Below are positions 1 to 11,493 of a stretch of 64,000 nt of DNA, one piece after another; position 1 is the first letter of the stretch, and each line of letters begins with the position of its first letter. The notes beneath the pieces are model-generated. The model did no database searches, was not told the origin of the DNA, and saw only the letters and a list, made by a program, of their open reading frames with translations. The stretch is from Dipteris shenzhenensis (lineage: Eukaryota), in assembly GCA_047967505.1 (NCBI GenBank), contig CM106538.1, one strand, 5' to 3'. The position numbers and the translations under genes are program-made.

Positions 1-939
1 AGGACATAATGTAACAATAGTGAATGATGAGCTGTGCATCACTCATAAGATGTGAAGAGTTCTTAATGATTATTCAGACTGAGGAATTTCTATTCAAGAT
101 ACTATAAAGGATGTGGGTCCATGAAATTGTATCATGCACATTAGTCATTCTAGTTATCATTCCTAGATAAAAGCAAAATCATGTATCTATCAAACAAATC
201 CTTTAACATCAAGCCAAAGAAAACATTTTATTGGATCTACCATATGATCCCTTTGATTTGCTATTTCCAAATCAAAATAGCTAGAGGCGTATGCTTGTGG
301 TCTTTCAAGTGCTTCTTATGTACCCACCTCTCTAGGCCATGTTGTTGATGTCATGCTCCCTTTGTTGCTCTTTCTATTGTTTCTACCATTCTCTCATTTC
401 CCTATTACCGCTCTATCTATTATGCACTTAAACATGCCCACATCTATGTTTGTCTGATATTGGGAAGTGTAAATATTATCTATTCATTATGACACACCAC
501 TATTGGGAGGATGTCTTAAGGATATAAGGGAGAAAGTCTTTCATCTCATGGCCTAGGATATCCACCTTCACTAAGTGATAGGACTAGATGAAATTGCTAT
601 TGTAAATCCACTAACATACTTAGAAGATGGCCAAAAATGCTACAAATTAATGGAATACAACACTTATCTTTCAAAAGTATAGTGGGGTCAAAGAGAGGTA
701 ATCATAGTGACTTGTAAAGTTAAGAAGAGATTACTGGTACTTCATTTATTGAGCACTGTGAAGAGAGTGGGAGAGAGAGGTAAGGAGATAAGTAGCTTCA
801 CCATAACACTCTCGCCAAAACATGGCTGGACATTAGTTACACCTTGCGTGCAATTTGGTACCATAATAGAGCTACCACGAAGACTGTTGAGCATCATCAG
901 CGTTTGTACAAGGCTTGTCTCGCAGGTATGTTCTATATT

Positions 940-2775
940 AGACCATCCCTTCGATGTAGCCATAGCAATGACTGCTCTTACGGTTGCCATCCTTGCAACC
1001 GGACTGAATGTTTCTTCATAATCAATGCGTAATGTCTGTGCATACCCCTTGACAACTAATCTTGCCTTGTATGTGCTCACAGAACCATCTACATTGTGCT
1101 TCACCTTATAGACCCACTTGCAACCAATTACATTCTTGTCTTTAGGCAAAGGCACCAATTCCCATGTAGCATTTCCTTCCAAGGCATCCATTTCTTCATC
1201 CATGGCTTTCTCCCATTTTTCTTTTCCCATGACTTGCTCAAAAGAAGTGGGTTCTAGTTCATATATCACTTTGACCATGTAGGCATAGTGAATGGCTGTA
1301 AATCCATCATATTTCAACCTATCCACAGGATACTTAACTTTGGTAGACCTGCACAAAATAGGCTCACTACCAGGTACTCTCAAAACATCCCTTGTCTTCC
1401 TTACTCCAGGTGTAACAACAGAAGGAATACCCAACTCATCATTAAGGCTCTGTTCTGAGCCATTGGATTCACCATCCACATAAGAGTAACCTGCATTCAC
1501 ATTAACCATGGGTTGATCTACTTTCTCTTTTCCCTTTCGTGATACTTGCATACCACTATCTGCTGCATTGCTTTGAGAAGATTCTCCTGATCTCAATCTG
1601 CCTGTCCATGGCGAAGTATGTGAACCACTACTAGAGGACACTATAGGTCCACTAATATTTTGTGATTGCTGCTGTGAATTCTGTGCAGCATTACCATTTT
1701 GTGCATCTACATCATCAATCACATTTATTGGTTTATACCAGCTGCTCATCTCATAAAAAACATCTCTGCTTACTGTAAACTTACGAGTAGAAGGGTTATA
1801 GCATCTATACCCTTTCTGCTGTAGAGGATAACCAATAAAGATGCACTTCTCTGCTTTTGGATCCAACTTGGATCTCAACTCATCTGGCACATGAACATAG
1901 GCAATGCAACCAAAAATTTTCAAATGAGAAATATCTGGTTTCCTACTAGTATACCTCTCCTCTGGCGTCATGCCATGTATTGCTATAGTGGGAGTCCTGT
2001 TCATTATGTAGACTACTGTAGCAACTGCTTCAGCCCAATAATAATCTGGCAGGTCTTTTTCGTTGAGCATGGCACAAGATGCCTCTCCAATATTCCTATT
2101 TTTCCTTTCTGCAATTCCATTTTGATGTGGGGTATGATTGCAAGAATATTGTTGCTTTATACCATGCTCCTGCAGGAACCTTGCAAACTCATTCGAGAGG
2201 TACTCTCCCCCTTCATTTGACCTTAGGCATTTTATTTGCAGGCCTGTTTCTTTCTCAACCATGGCTTTAAAAGCTTTGAAATGCCCAAACACTTCACTTT
2301 TCTTTCTCATAAAATACACCCAAACTTTTCTATTGTAATCATCAATAAAAGTGACAAAATAATGACAGCCACCAATAGATGTAGCTTTAGTAGTCCACAC
2401 ATCAGAGTGGATTAATTCCAATGGCCTCTTACTCTCTTGAACATGTCTAGGAAATGGTTTCCTTGCCTGTTTTCCAAATTGACAGGCTTCACATACCTTA
2501 TGCATTTCTGCAACCTTGAACTTAGGCAATCCTGCAACAATATTTTGGGCCTGCATTAATTTAAGTCGCTGTAAATTAACATGACCAATGTGTTTATGCC
2601 AGATATCAATATCTGCAACTACACCGGTCCCATGTGCAAACATTGCTGCACTCAATTCAGGCATGTCCACATCCAACGTAAACATCCTGCCCTTCTTCTT
2701 CCCTTTTGCTATCAAGCGACCTTTATTTTTCATATCCTCAACAAAGCATCCATGAGGATCAAATCTGACCTGCAA
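940..2775 (-). pseudogene. Copia pol fragment (integrase plus N-terminal RT)
   Basis: ORF 742..2775. The Copia-like part ends at ...MATSKGWS; the rest is read-through into unrelated flank. Confidence 0.9.
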
Positions 2776-4555
2776 GCCCTACTCAACCATTTGACCAATA
2801 GAAACTAGGTTCTTGGTGATATTCGGGACATGAAATACATCAAACAGGTATTTCTTTTTCCCATCCTTCATAGACAAAGGAATTTTACCAATCTGCACAA
2901 TAGGATGTGCAGTATCATCACCAGTCTCCACAAATCCTAGTCTTTCCATTTTCCTTGCATCCTGCATCCATTCTGCGTGACCTGTCATGTGGTTTGACGC
3001 ACCTGAGTCAACATACCACACATCATTGCTTTCTTCTGCACTTGTCACAAAATTGGTCATGTGCTGCACCATAAACAAATGCTCATTTCTATCATTACAT
3101 TGTCTACTAGAGGATGCATAATTGCCTTGTTGCAATTTTCCATTCATGATGTCATTCTGCTTTTTGTAGCAGTCTTTAGCCATATGACCCATTTTACCAC
3201 AGTCATAACATTCAACATTGCTGTTTGCATTTCGGCCTCTCTGCCATCTACCATGACCTCTTTGGCTCCCCCTGCCTCTAAGGTTACCACGTCCTCCTCC
3301 ATAGGACTAGTTTTCTTGAATTTGCTGCATATTCTAATTTTTGCCATGGCCTCCAAATGGGCCTGCTCTACCTCTGCCTCTACCTCTTCTAGCATTTGAG
3401 TATAAGACAGCTTCTTTTGAAGTTCCTCCCTAAGAAGATGCACCACCATTTCTTTGCTCTTCAGAAATTAGAAGAGCAATCAACTCCCCAAAATCAGGAA
3501 AATTCTCAGGACGGCAATGGATGTTTGAAACTGTGCATAATCCCTTCCTAGACCATTCAAGGTCATAGAAACTAAATCATCATCTTCCACTGGCGACCCA
3601 ATGGAAGCAAGTGCATCTGCAATCTTCTTCACCTTCATGTGGTAGTCATTGATGCTCATATTTTCTCTCTGCACATTATGCAACTCCTGCTTGAGCTACA
3701 TTTTCCTGGCTTGCATATTTGTGCTATACATTTTTGTCAAGGTATCCCATGCCTCCTTCGACATGCTTGCATCGTGAATATGCACAATCATAAAATCTGA
3801 AATACTGATAGACAGCCAGTACATAACTTTCTTGGCTCTCTCATGCCAGCCTTTAAATGCTTGCAACTCCTATTGATTGGGAACATTAGGAATAATTGGT
3901 TCTTATTCAGCTCCAGTAATGAACTCCCAATAGCCTTTTCCCTTAAGGAAATTCGTCATTCTAAACTTCCATGTTGGGAAGTTGTTCTTGTCAAGCTTTT
4001 CGTGACTATCTGTGAAAGAGCATTAGATGCCATTACAGAACACTGCAAAAATATTCTGTCACTGCAAAAAACACAACTTTTGCCTCACAAGGGCAAATCT
4101 ACAAAAGTGACGAAAGTGGTATTTGACCACACAGTCACTTCCTAGGGACGATTTTGCATCAATGGGCAATAAGAATGATTTTGTCACTCCCAATATCTCT
4201 GCGCATAGGCATACGATGCAATTTCTATGGCAACTTTTCACCAAGCTATAGAAAAGTGGTCGTAGAGCAAAAACAACGCACCTTTCTGAGTGCTTGCGAA
4301 AAACTTCCGCCACCAAAATAGGCCCCGAAATGACCTCGAATCAAAAAAATAATGTCACCAACGGCTTTGCCCTATCCTGCAACATATACTACCCTCTCGC
4401 CACACCGCACATACTAATTAGAGTACATAAAGATAGCTGTCATCTAGCTATTATTCATGGGCGGCATACCAACCGCATCTGCAGCTAACAAGTCGGTGAC
4501 ATAAATGCACAACGGTCACCTTGGCATATCACGAGTGGAGCTCGATATCTCAACA
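940..4555 (-). mobile_element. Ty1/Copia LTR retrotransposon, family 1 copy A (truncated in RT; U5/PBS deleted)
   Basis: The minus strand begins TGTTGAGATATCGAGCTC at 4555, the same LTR start as 13161, 15825, 21015 and 30388. It carries gag fragments with a zinc knuckle, protease WYVDSGASNHM, GAG-pre-integrase WHKHIGH...CEACQFGKQ, integrase LIHSDVW/FIDD/QNGIAERKN, and RT start WELVPLP...KARLVVKGY. Homology to copies B and C stops near 940. A junction near 4409 joins U3 directly to the leader. Confidence 0.95.
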
Positions 4556-5061
4556 AGCACATACCTTTGAATAGTTCACACTAAATTTCAAATTGTAGGT
4601 GGAGAGAGTTACTGAGATTCATCAAAAGTTGGATATAGACAAATAATATTTTCATTTTTGATGCAAAATGGTTTAGAGTTATCTATAATGGTTTGAATGC
4701 TACAATGAGGAAATATGAAATTGAAATTTTGCGCCATAGGCTATACCCATAGGCCATAGGTTATCTATAATGGTTTGATATTTTGTTCTTTCTAAACAAT
4801 GCAAGTAGGTATGTGAAAATGGACTAAGTTGGTCATGACCTCGCTTTGAATCATACCTTGTACTTTTATTAATTATAATACTATTTTCATGTCAAACATA
4901 CCTTGTACTTTTACTATTTTCATGTCAAACATAGGTAGTTTTTCATGCTGATCATTATTTTCATGTCGAACATAGGTAATTTTTCATGCTAATCATCATG
5001 ATCTAAGATGGTGTGTCATCCAAGTTGCTACCCAAAGTAAATCATCTTTTTGAGATAGAGC

Positions 5062-5240
5062 TGTGGATATGGAGATTCTATGTTCCTTGTTGATCCACCA
5101 ACTACTAGAGAAGAAGTCTTATCAGATGATTCATCATATTCTAAAGGATGTATGGATACGGCGATGCCATGTTTCCCAGTGCTCCACCTACTATTGGAGA
5201 AGAAGTCTTAGAAGATGATTCATTATCTTCTAAAGGATAT
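5062..5240 (+). repeat. Diverged ~88-bp tandem duplication
   Basis: Two copies of TGGATA..GGxGAT...CCACCxACTAxTxGAGAAGAAGTCTTA...GATGATTCAT...TTCTAAAGGA. Confidence 0.75.
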
Positions 5241-7104
5241 ATGGATAGTACATCTTCTATTGCTTCTATTGCATCATTGTCACCAATAAAGGATCAAGAT
5301 TTAGCTACTATAGATCTTGATGATATAGGAGACTTTGAGATAGAACTAGAGATAGACTAATTTGGAATGTTGGACTTGGTTGGGGATGGAAATTTTGATG
5401 TAACTACCACATCTTGAATGATTTATCCTAGAAAAAGCTTGGTTGAGGATTAAAATATTGATATAAAGGGCCATATCTTGCATAATCTATCATGGAAAGA
5501 GCTTTGGTTGAAGATGAAATATTGATGTAAATACCCCATCTTGAATAATTTATCATGGACAGAGCTTTTCTTCCAAGTTTGCCAATTAACTCATATTTCC
5601 ATTATGTTAGTTCATTTTTGATTTCATCATGATTATGTTAAGGTATTAGAACCCAAGCTTGGTGTGAAACCTCTCAACATTTTAACCTTTTTTTAAATCT
5701 TTTTTTCAATCAAAAGTGCAAAGCGGTATTTTCATGGGAGGTATATACAACCGCAGTCTCAAAACATTTTAAATAGTTGTTAAATCGATATAGATGTTGA
5801 TATTACCATTGATATAGACACCATGTCTTATACCTTTGTAAATATCAAAGACTATGCCAATAATAATACTGATGAATATATATATATAAATATCATCGAT
5901 AACACCAATTGTTATTCTAATATATATATTGATGGAAATTTGGTTATTGATACTCTGCTATCATTTTTAAATGAAATGTCTTTTTTTAGTTGAAAATTTC
6001 TCCAAATACCTAAAATCATTGCAAATAGCTCTTGAAGGTGTAGTACTATTGGAAATCCTCTATGATGAACAACTACTAGTAATTAGTAAGAGAAATTTTG
6101 TAGCTATCATTTGTTTTGCCAAGTTTCCTTCAAAGCTAGAGTCATGAGAGTACTCCAAGAGGAGACAATCTCATTTGAGGCATGCATCTCCCTCTTTGCA
6201 TCCCTCACATTCTTGGTTAGCCTTTATTGCTAAGCCTTGAGGGCTAGTATAGACACTATTGCTCTAGAAGGAAACCTTTAATCTCCTATATATAGCAAAC
6301 AACATCCTTGGAGACGCCATAAAGCATTGGGTTATTGAAAGAAAGATACATGTGGAAATCAAAAAGATATTCTCCCATAGAAATTTTATTTGTATAACTT
6401 TGTTTGAATTGAGTGCAACTTAGCGTAGTATTTTTCTTTTATCACCAAGTGTGGTTGATTAGTTTCTTTTGTACCTATAGCATTGAGTGGAGATATTAAG
6501 CATACAAGGAAAAAGGTTCCCAAAGATTCGATATTGTGTCCCTCTCCACTAATTGATCTTCTCATTCCACAAGTATGCCTTAGTCAAGTGAGGCATCTCT
6601 CTCTAGAAAATCAAATTGCAAAATCCTATCTACACTTGTAACATAAATCTTTTGCTTGAATACTTTGGTATAACAGAGGAAATGCATCAAAAGAAAAAGC
6701 TTGCTGAGACCTTCAGCATTGTATTGAGGACAAGAATTGAGTACAGGGGAGGGTGCTTCCAAAGAGAAGGATGCAAAGAGAGTTAAGGAAAATTTGGTCA
6801 AGTTTTGGTGCTATGGAATGGGAAAGTGCTTAATAGTTCTTATTTTAGTTTGAAATTTGCAATTTGAGAGTGGTAATCAATACAGGGTTTGCCAAACTCA
6901 TTGCATGCTTCAACTCTTTTGACCCATCCTAAGCTTGGCATCTTGCTTAGAGATGGGAATGTTTAAATAGGCACATGCTCACGTGGATCATCGCATCTCC
7001 ATCTCGTAGCCTAGTTTCCTATGTTTAGGAGCAAAACGAATGACATCTTCACCATGCATCAAATGAATATTCAACTTGAAAATCTCCTCTTTATTATATT
7101 TCTT

Positions 7105-7225
7105 AAGTCCCCAAGGAGTACACTAAGCAATATATAAGATATCATGTCCCCAAGGAGTACACTAAGCAATATATAAGATATCAAGTCCCCAAGGAATACA
7201 CTAAGAAATATATAAGATATCATGT
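7105..7225 (+). repeat. 39-bp tandem repeat, 3 copies
   Basis: GTCCCCAAGGAGTACACTAAGCAATATATAAGATATCA repeated three times. Confidence 0.9.
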
Positions 7226-8277
7226 AGCATTCAACAAAAGAGGTTTAATTTTCATGTGGAGTTACAAAAATTCTACAAAAATATACATGTGCATTTTGAG
7301 AACACGTGCAAGATATATGGGTTTTTTTACATTGTGGGCAACTGTAATCATAGCTCTTGATTGGTCAACACTTTCAACACCTTTTTCCTATTATATCCTT
7401 ATATGTACAATTCTTGTCGTTCTTCTGTTTTTAGTCTTGCTTGGCATAGTTTTCTTTTCTATTTATTTCTTTCAATTTTTCATGCATAAGTGATATATGC
7501 CCATGCAATGATTAGGATAAAACTAAAATTCCTTTCTATGTCTACTGAATAATGATGGCATAGCACACCTTAGGTCAACACTATATATTATGTGTGTTCA
7601 AGGGGTGTTATTAAGATGCCTTATCTATACATTGTAAGGCTTTAAACTATCCCAAACCCTTCTCCCAAACCCACATGCTATATTACATATGAGGAGTTCC
7701 CAAGATTAGTTCATCCTAAAATTTGATGGTGCTTTTTAGGGACCTTAGATTGAGGATATTTAGGCACATTGTTGCTCACACAAATAATGGGAACATCATA
7801 GTTGGGTCCTACATAGGTCAAGGTTAAAAATATGTCCTCAGAATGGAAGGCACTCATAATAGGATTATGATTGGTACTCTAGATAGGAATCATGGGATTA
7901 AAGTTACTAAGAGATTCCATGCTAGTCATATGTCAGATTCAAAACGAATGTCAGATGATAAACCACATCATGACATACTACCTATTCAAGCTTCATAGCT
8001 CATTTACTACTTGCATCATGCACAAGTGGATCCCTAAAGTGTTAATAAAATATCATGGCCAATAATCTCACATCACAAGCCTATTTTAGCCTTGTTTTCA
8101 AGACTTAGCCAATGGTATTGTATAAATTTTGAGAAACTCATTGTCATGAAATGCATGTCTTGCCAAACCTCAAATACAAGTAGAAGCAAGCTTAAAAAGA
8201 GTTCCAAAAAGCTAACCATAGGAAGAAGGATGGGTGATTGATGGCTATATTTAGCAAATGTATTCCAACGACAAGGT

Positions 8278-11200
8278 TGTTGAGATATGGTGCCATGAGC
8301 ACATAAATCAGAGGCTAAGGTATGGCGTAGGAATGTATTAAAGTAGCCACCCTAGGATGTGGACTACATGATGTGAATATGTGGAGCAAGGACATCCACT
8401 AGGAGAGATGTGGATCAGAGGATCCCACAAGTGTTAACTATTCTAAAGTCTCTCTCTATATAAGAAGCCTTCTTGTATTGTTGAACATATATTGCAATAT
8501 ATTGAGTGTGCCTACTTGTGTCTCCTCTCATGTCTTGTTTAGTGTTCTTTGAGCCTCCTTAGTTCTTTGAACTCAAGCTCTAAGCTTAGTTTTTAGTAGT
8601 TCATTAGTGTTGCTCATATGTCTAGTTCCTATCCCATATGGTAGAGGGTGAAGAGGTTTTCTTTTTGGTGCTTGGTATCCTGTAGTGTGAGCTATTACAT
8701 CTTTGAAGTTGAGTATATTCTTATGAGAAGACTTGAGTGAGAGTGAGTGATTTCTTCAATAAAGCTGCTTGTTCCTTTCATAGTTGGATAGTTGAAAAGC
8801 TTGCATTTGAGCTATTGTCTTAGAGCAAATTAGGAAAAGAAAGCAAGAAGCACAACAAGAAAATCTATTGATAGAAGCTACAGCAAGTAGCGCTATGCTT
8901 CAAGCAACAAATAGAGAAGAGCAACCATGAAACCACTAAGACATGGAGCCATTGACTTGAAAAGAAAGACTAAGTTTAGCAAGTAGCAATGCTGTAGCAA
9001 ATAATCGCACTGCAAAAGGTTCAAAGCTGATCAACAGCATGGGATTCAATGCTCCAACACCGCCAACGATGGCACACTATCTCTTCAACAACCCAAAGCT
9101 CCATCCGCTCTATTTGAGCCTTACCTCAACTCCCATTGTTGGTCACCATAACTATTGCCCGAGGTCTTTTCTCTGTGTTTTTGCTGTTGAAGTCCTCCTT
9201 GTCTTCAAAGTGCATACGAGCTTCCTACCACGATAATGCAAGCCACAAGATGAGGCTACTAGGCCATAGAAGAAAGCCAACATGTAGGACGTCAATGCAA
9301 ATCACACTGCAAGGACCAGCAAAACTAACAAGCCAGAGGTGACTAATGCAAACAACCAACCAAGATGATTTGAGGATTTACGATGATGGATGCAGACTCC
9401 AATGCAATCGTGACACACAAATCACCAACAGATGTAGCAAAGGCTTTGAACACGGTAGAGACCAACCCCCTACAATGCAAGATATGATGAGGTAGAAGGG
9501 AGATGGACAAACCTTGTTCTCAGTAATGTTAAAAGTCTCCATCGCAAAAAATCTGTGCATCTTAGAGCTTTGGCCACATGGAAATAACACGTGGCACATA
9601 GGGTTAGCTAGTAGATAGGCTTAGATAGAAGTTGAGTAAAGGCTTGGTTTAGATTTGGCCACTTGGAAGTTTTTATCTATAGTGCTACATCAACATGCCG
9701 CGTAAGTAGTGCCAACTAAGTAGTCATCCCCTTACTAAGCACAATTTGTAAGCTCCTTGTGAACAATCTCTCCCACATCATCAATTGTCCCTCTTCTTGA
9801 TTATAACTTCGACAAGCCATAACTTTCAATCCAAAAAGAATTTGCAAGCACTCCAAAAAGAAAAAATAACCGGTTTTTTGAGTTCTACGTGCTTGTGAAG
9901 TCAATTGTGTTATATGCAATTAGACATTGCCAGATTTGAAAGTTTCTTAAACTGGCAAGATCTTTGCAATGGCAATTCGTAACCCAATGGTTGAGAAGTT
10001 TACTAGGGAAGGATTTCACACCTAGTCTACATGAATGAGGTATCTCTTGATGCATAAAAAGCTTTGGAAGACTATAAAAGAAGATATCCACTACACAAAA
10101 TGAAGCTTGGAAAGAAAAAGATGAAGCATCACCATCACTCATTGGCTTGCTTAGGTCCAAACACAATTCATCACATAGACTCTAAGGATCATGCCAAGAT
10201 GCACAAGATGAGTTGATGAACACAGTGTTTGGTGCAAAAGTAAAGCACTAAGAAATTCATCTTAAGATTGAATTCTATGGTTTGTACATGAGCCTCAATG
10301 AATCCATGGCACAATTTGTCAACAAGATCAAAAGCATTATGACCCATTTAGAAGGCATAAATGAAAAAGTAGGAGAAAAGGATGCACTTGCAATCCTTCT
10401 TAAAAGCATGCTTGAAGAGTACAATGCACTAACAACCACCTTGAAGAATCTTTCAGATCCAAAGTTTGAGAAATGTGTATCATCTCTTCTTGATAAAAAA
10501 AGAGATTTGAAGGCATCGACATCGACATCCACATCAACATGCAGCAACAATAATGAAGAACAAGCATTGTTCAGTAAAGCATCAATAAAGTGTTACCATT
10601 GCAAAAGGATAGGTCACTATCAAAGTGATTGCAGACTAAAGAACAAACCAAAGTGTCACCATTGCAAGAAGTTGGGACACAAAGAAGAAGACTTCAGGTT
10701 GAAGAACTAGTATGTCAACTACATGGAGTCATCATCAAGCCCTAAGTAGAATGACAAGAACAACATGTATTGAGAAGCACAAGCCTTTCCACATTTAGCC
10801 TCTGCTCTTGTGATCAAACTTGACCACCTGCAAGTAGCCATGTAAGCACTTAGGGGAGGTATTGACATGTAAAAACCACACTTGACCACCTTAAGTAGCA
10901 AGGTATGCATTAAAGGAAGTTGATTGATTTGTAACTCACATCTTTTCACCTTGCAATAGCCAATGGTTCATGGCACCAAGGGGAGGTGTTAAGATATAGT
11001 GCCATGAGCACATAAATCAGAGGCTAAGGTATGGTGTAGGATTGTATTAAAGTAGCCACCTTAGGATGTGGAAAACATGATGTGAAGATGTGGAGCAAGG
11101 ACATCCACTAGGAGAGATGTGGATCAAAGGATCCCACAAGTGTTGACTATTCTAGATGCTCTCTCTATGTAAGAAGCCTTATTGTATTGTTGAACATATA

Positions 11201-11329
11201 TTGCAATAGATTGATTGTGCCTACTTGTGTCTCCCTTTCATGTCTTGTTTAGTGTTCTTTGAGTGTGCCTACTTGTGTCTCCCTCTCATGTCTTGTTTAG
11301 TGTTCTTTGAGCCTCCTTAGTTCTTCGAA
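8278..11329 (+). mobile_element. Non-autonomous gag-only LTR element (TR-GAG-like)
   Basis: Direct LTRs start TGTTGAGATATGGTGCCATGAG (8278) and TGTTAAGATATAGTGCCATGAG (10987). PPT AGGGGAGG precedes the 3' LTR. The internal region holds Copia-type gag only. The 3' LTR has a ~47-bp internal duplication and loses homology near 11329. Confidence 0.85.
9985..10710 (+). pseudogene. Copia-type gag with two zinc knuckles
   Basis: Degenerate EKFT..GFHT and AWKEKDE N-terminal motifs. ORF 10282..10710 has a UBN2-like ESMAQFVNKIK...LLKSMLEEY segment and the knuckles CYHCKRIGHYQSDC and CHHCKKLGHKEEDF, then a stop. Confidence 0.85.
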
Positions 11330-11493
11330 TGATCTTTGTGCATTAGGCTTAGTGGTGATTCTTCCAGAGAAGCCTAAAGTGGCCTTTATAAATACCTAGC
11401 TCATTCATCATTATTAGAGCTCCATGAGCTAAATCTACCTTAACTTCATAGATCTAAAGGCAATATGATTTGGCAATGGCCAAAATCTAGTTG

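Noticed and set aside
742-939. Novel C-terminal extension on Copia pol
   Set aside because: It is chance read-through past the truncation junction into unrelated DNA.
6000-8270. Very old Gypsy-like relic
   Set aside because: Only faint hints of gag or integrase words; too degenerate to call.
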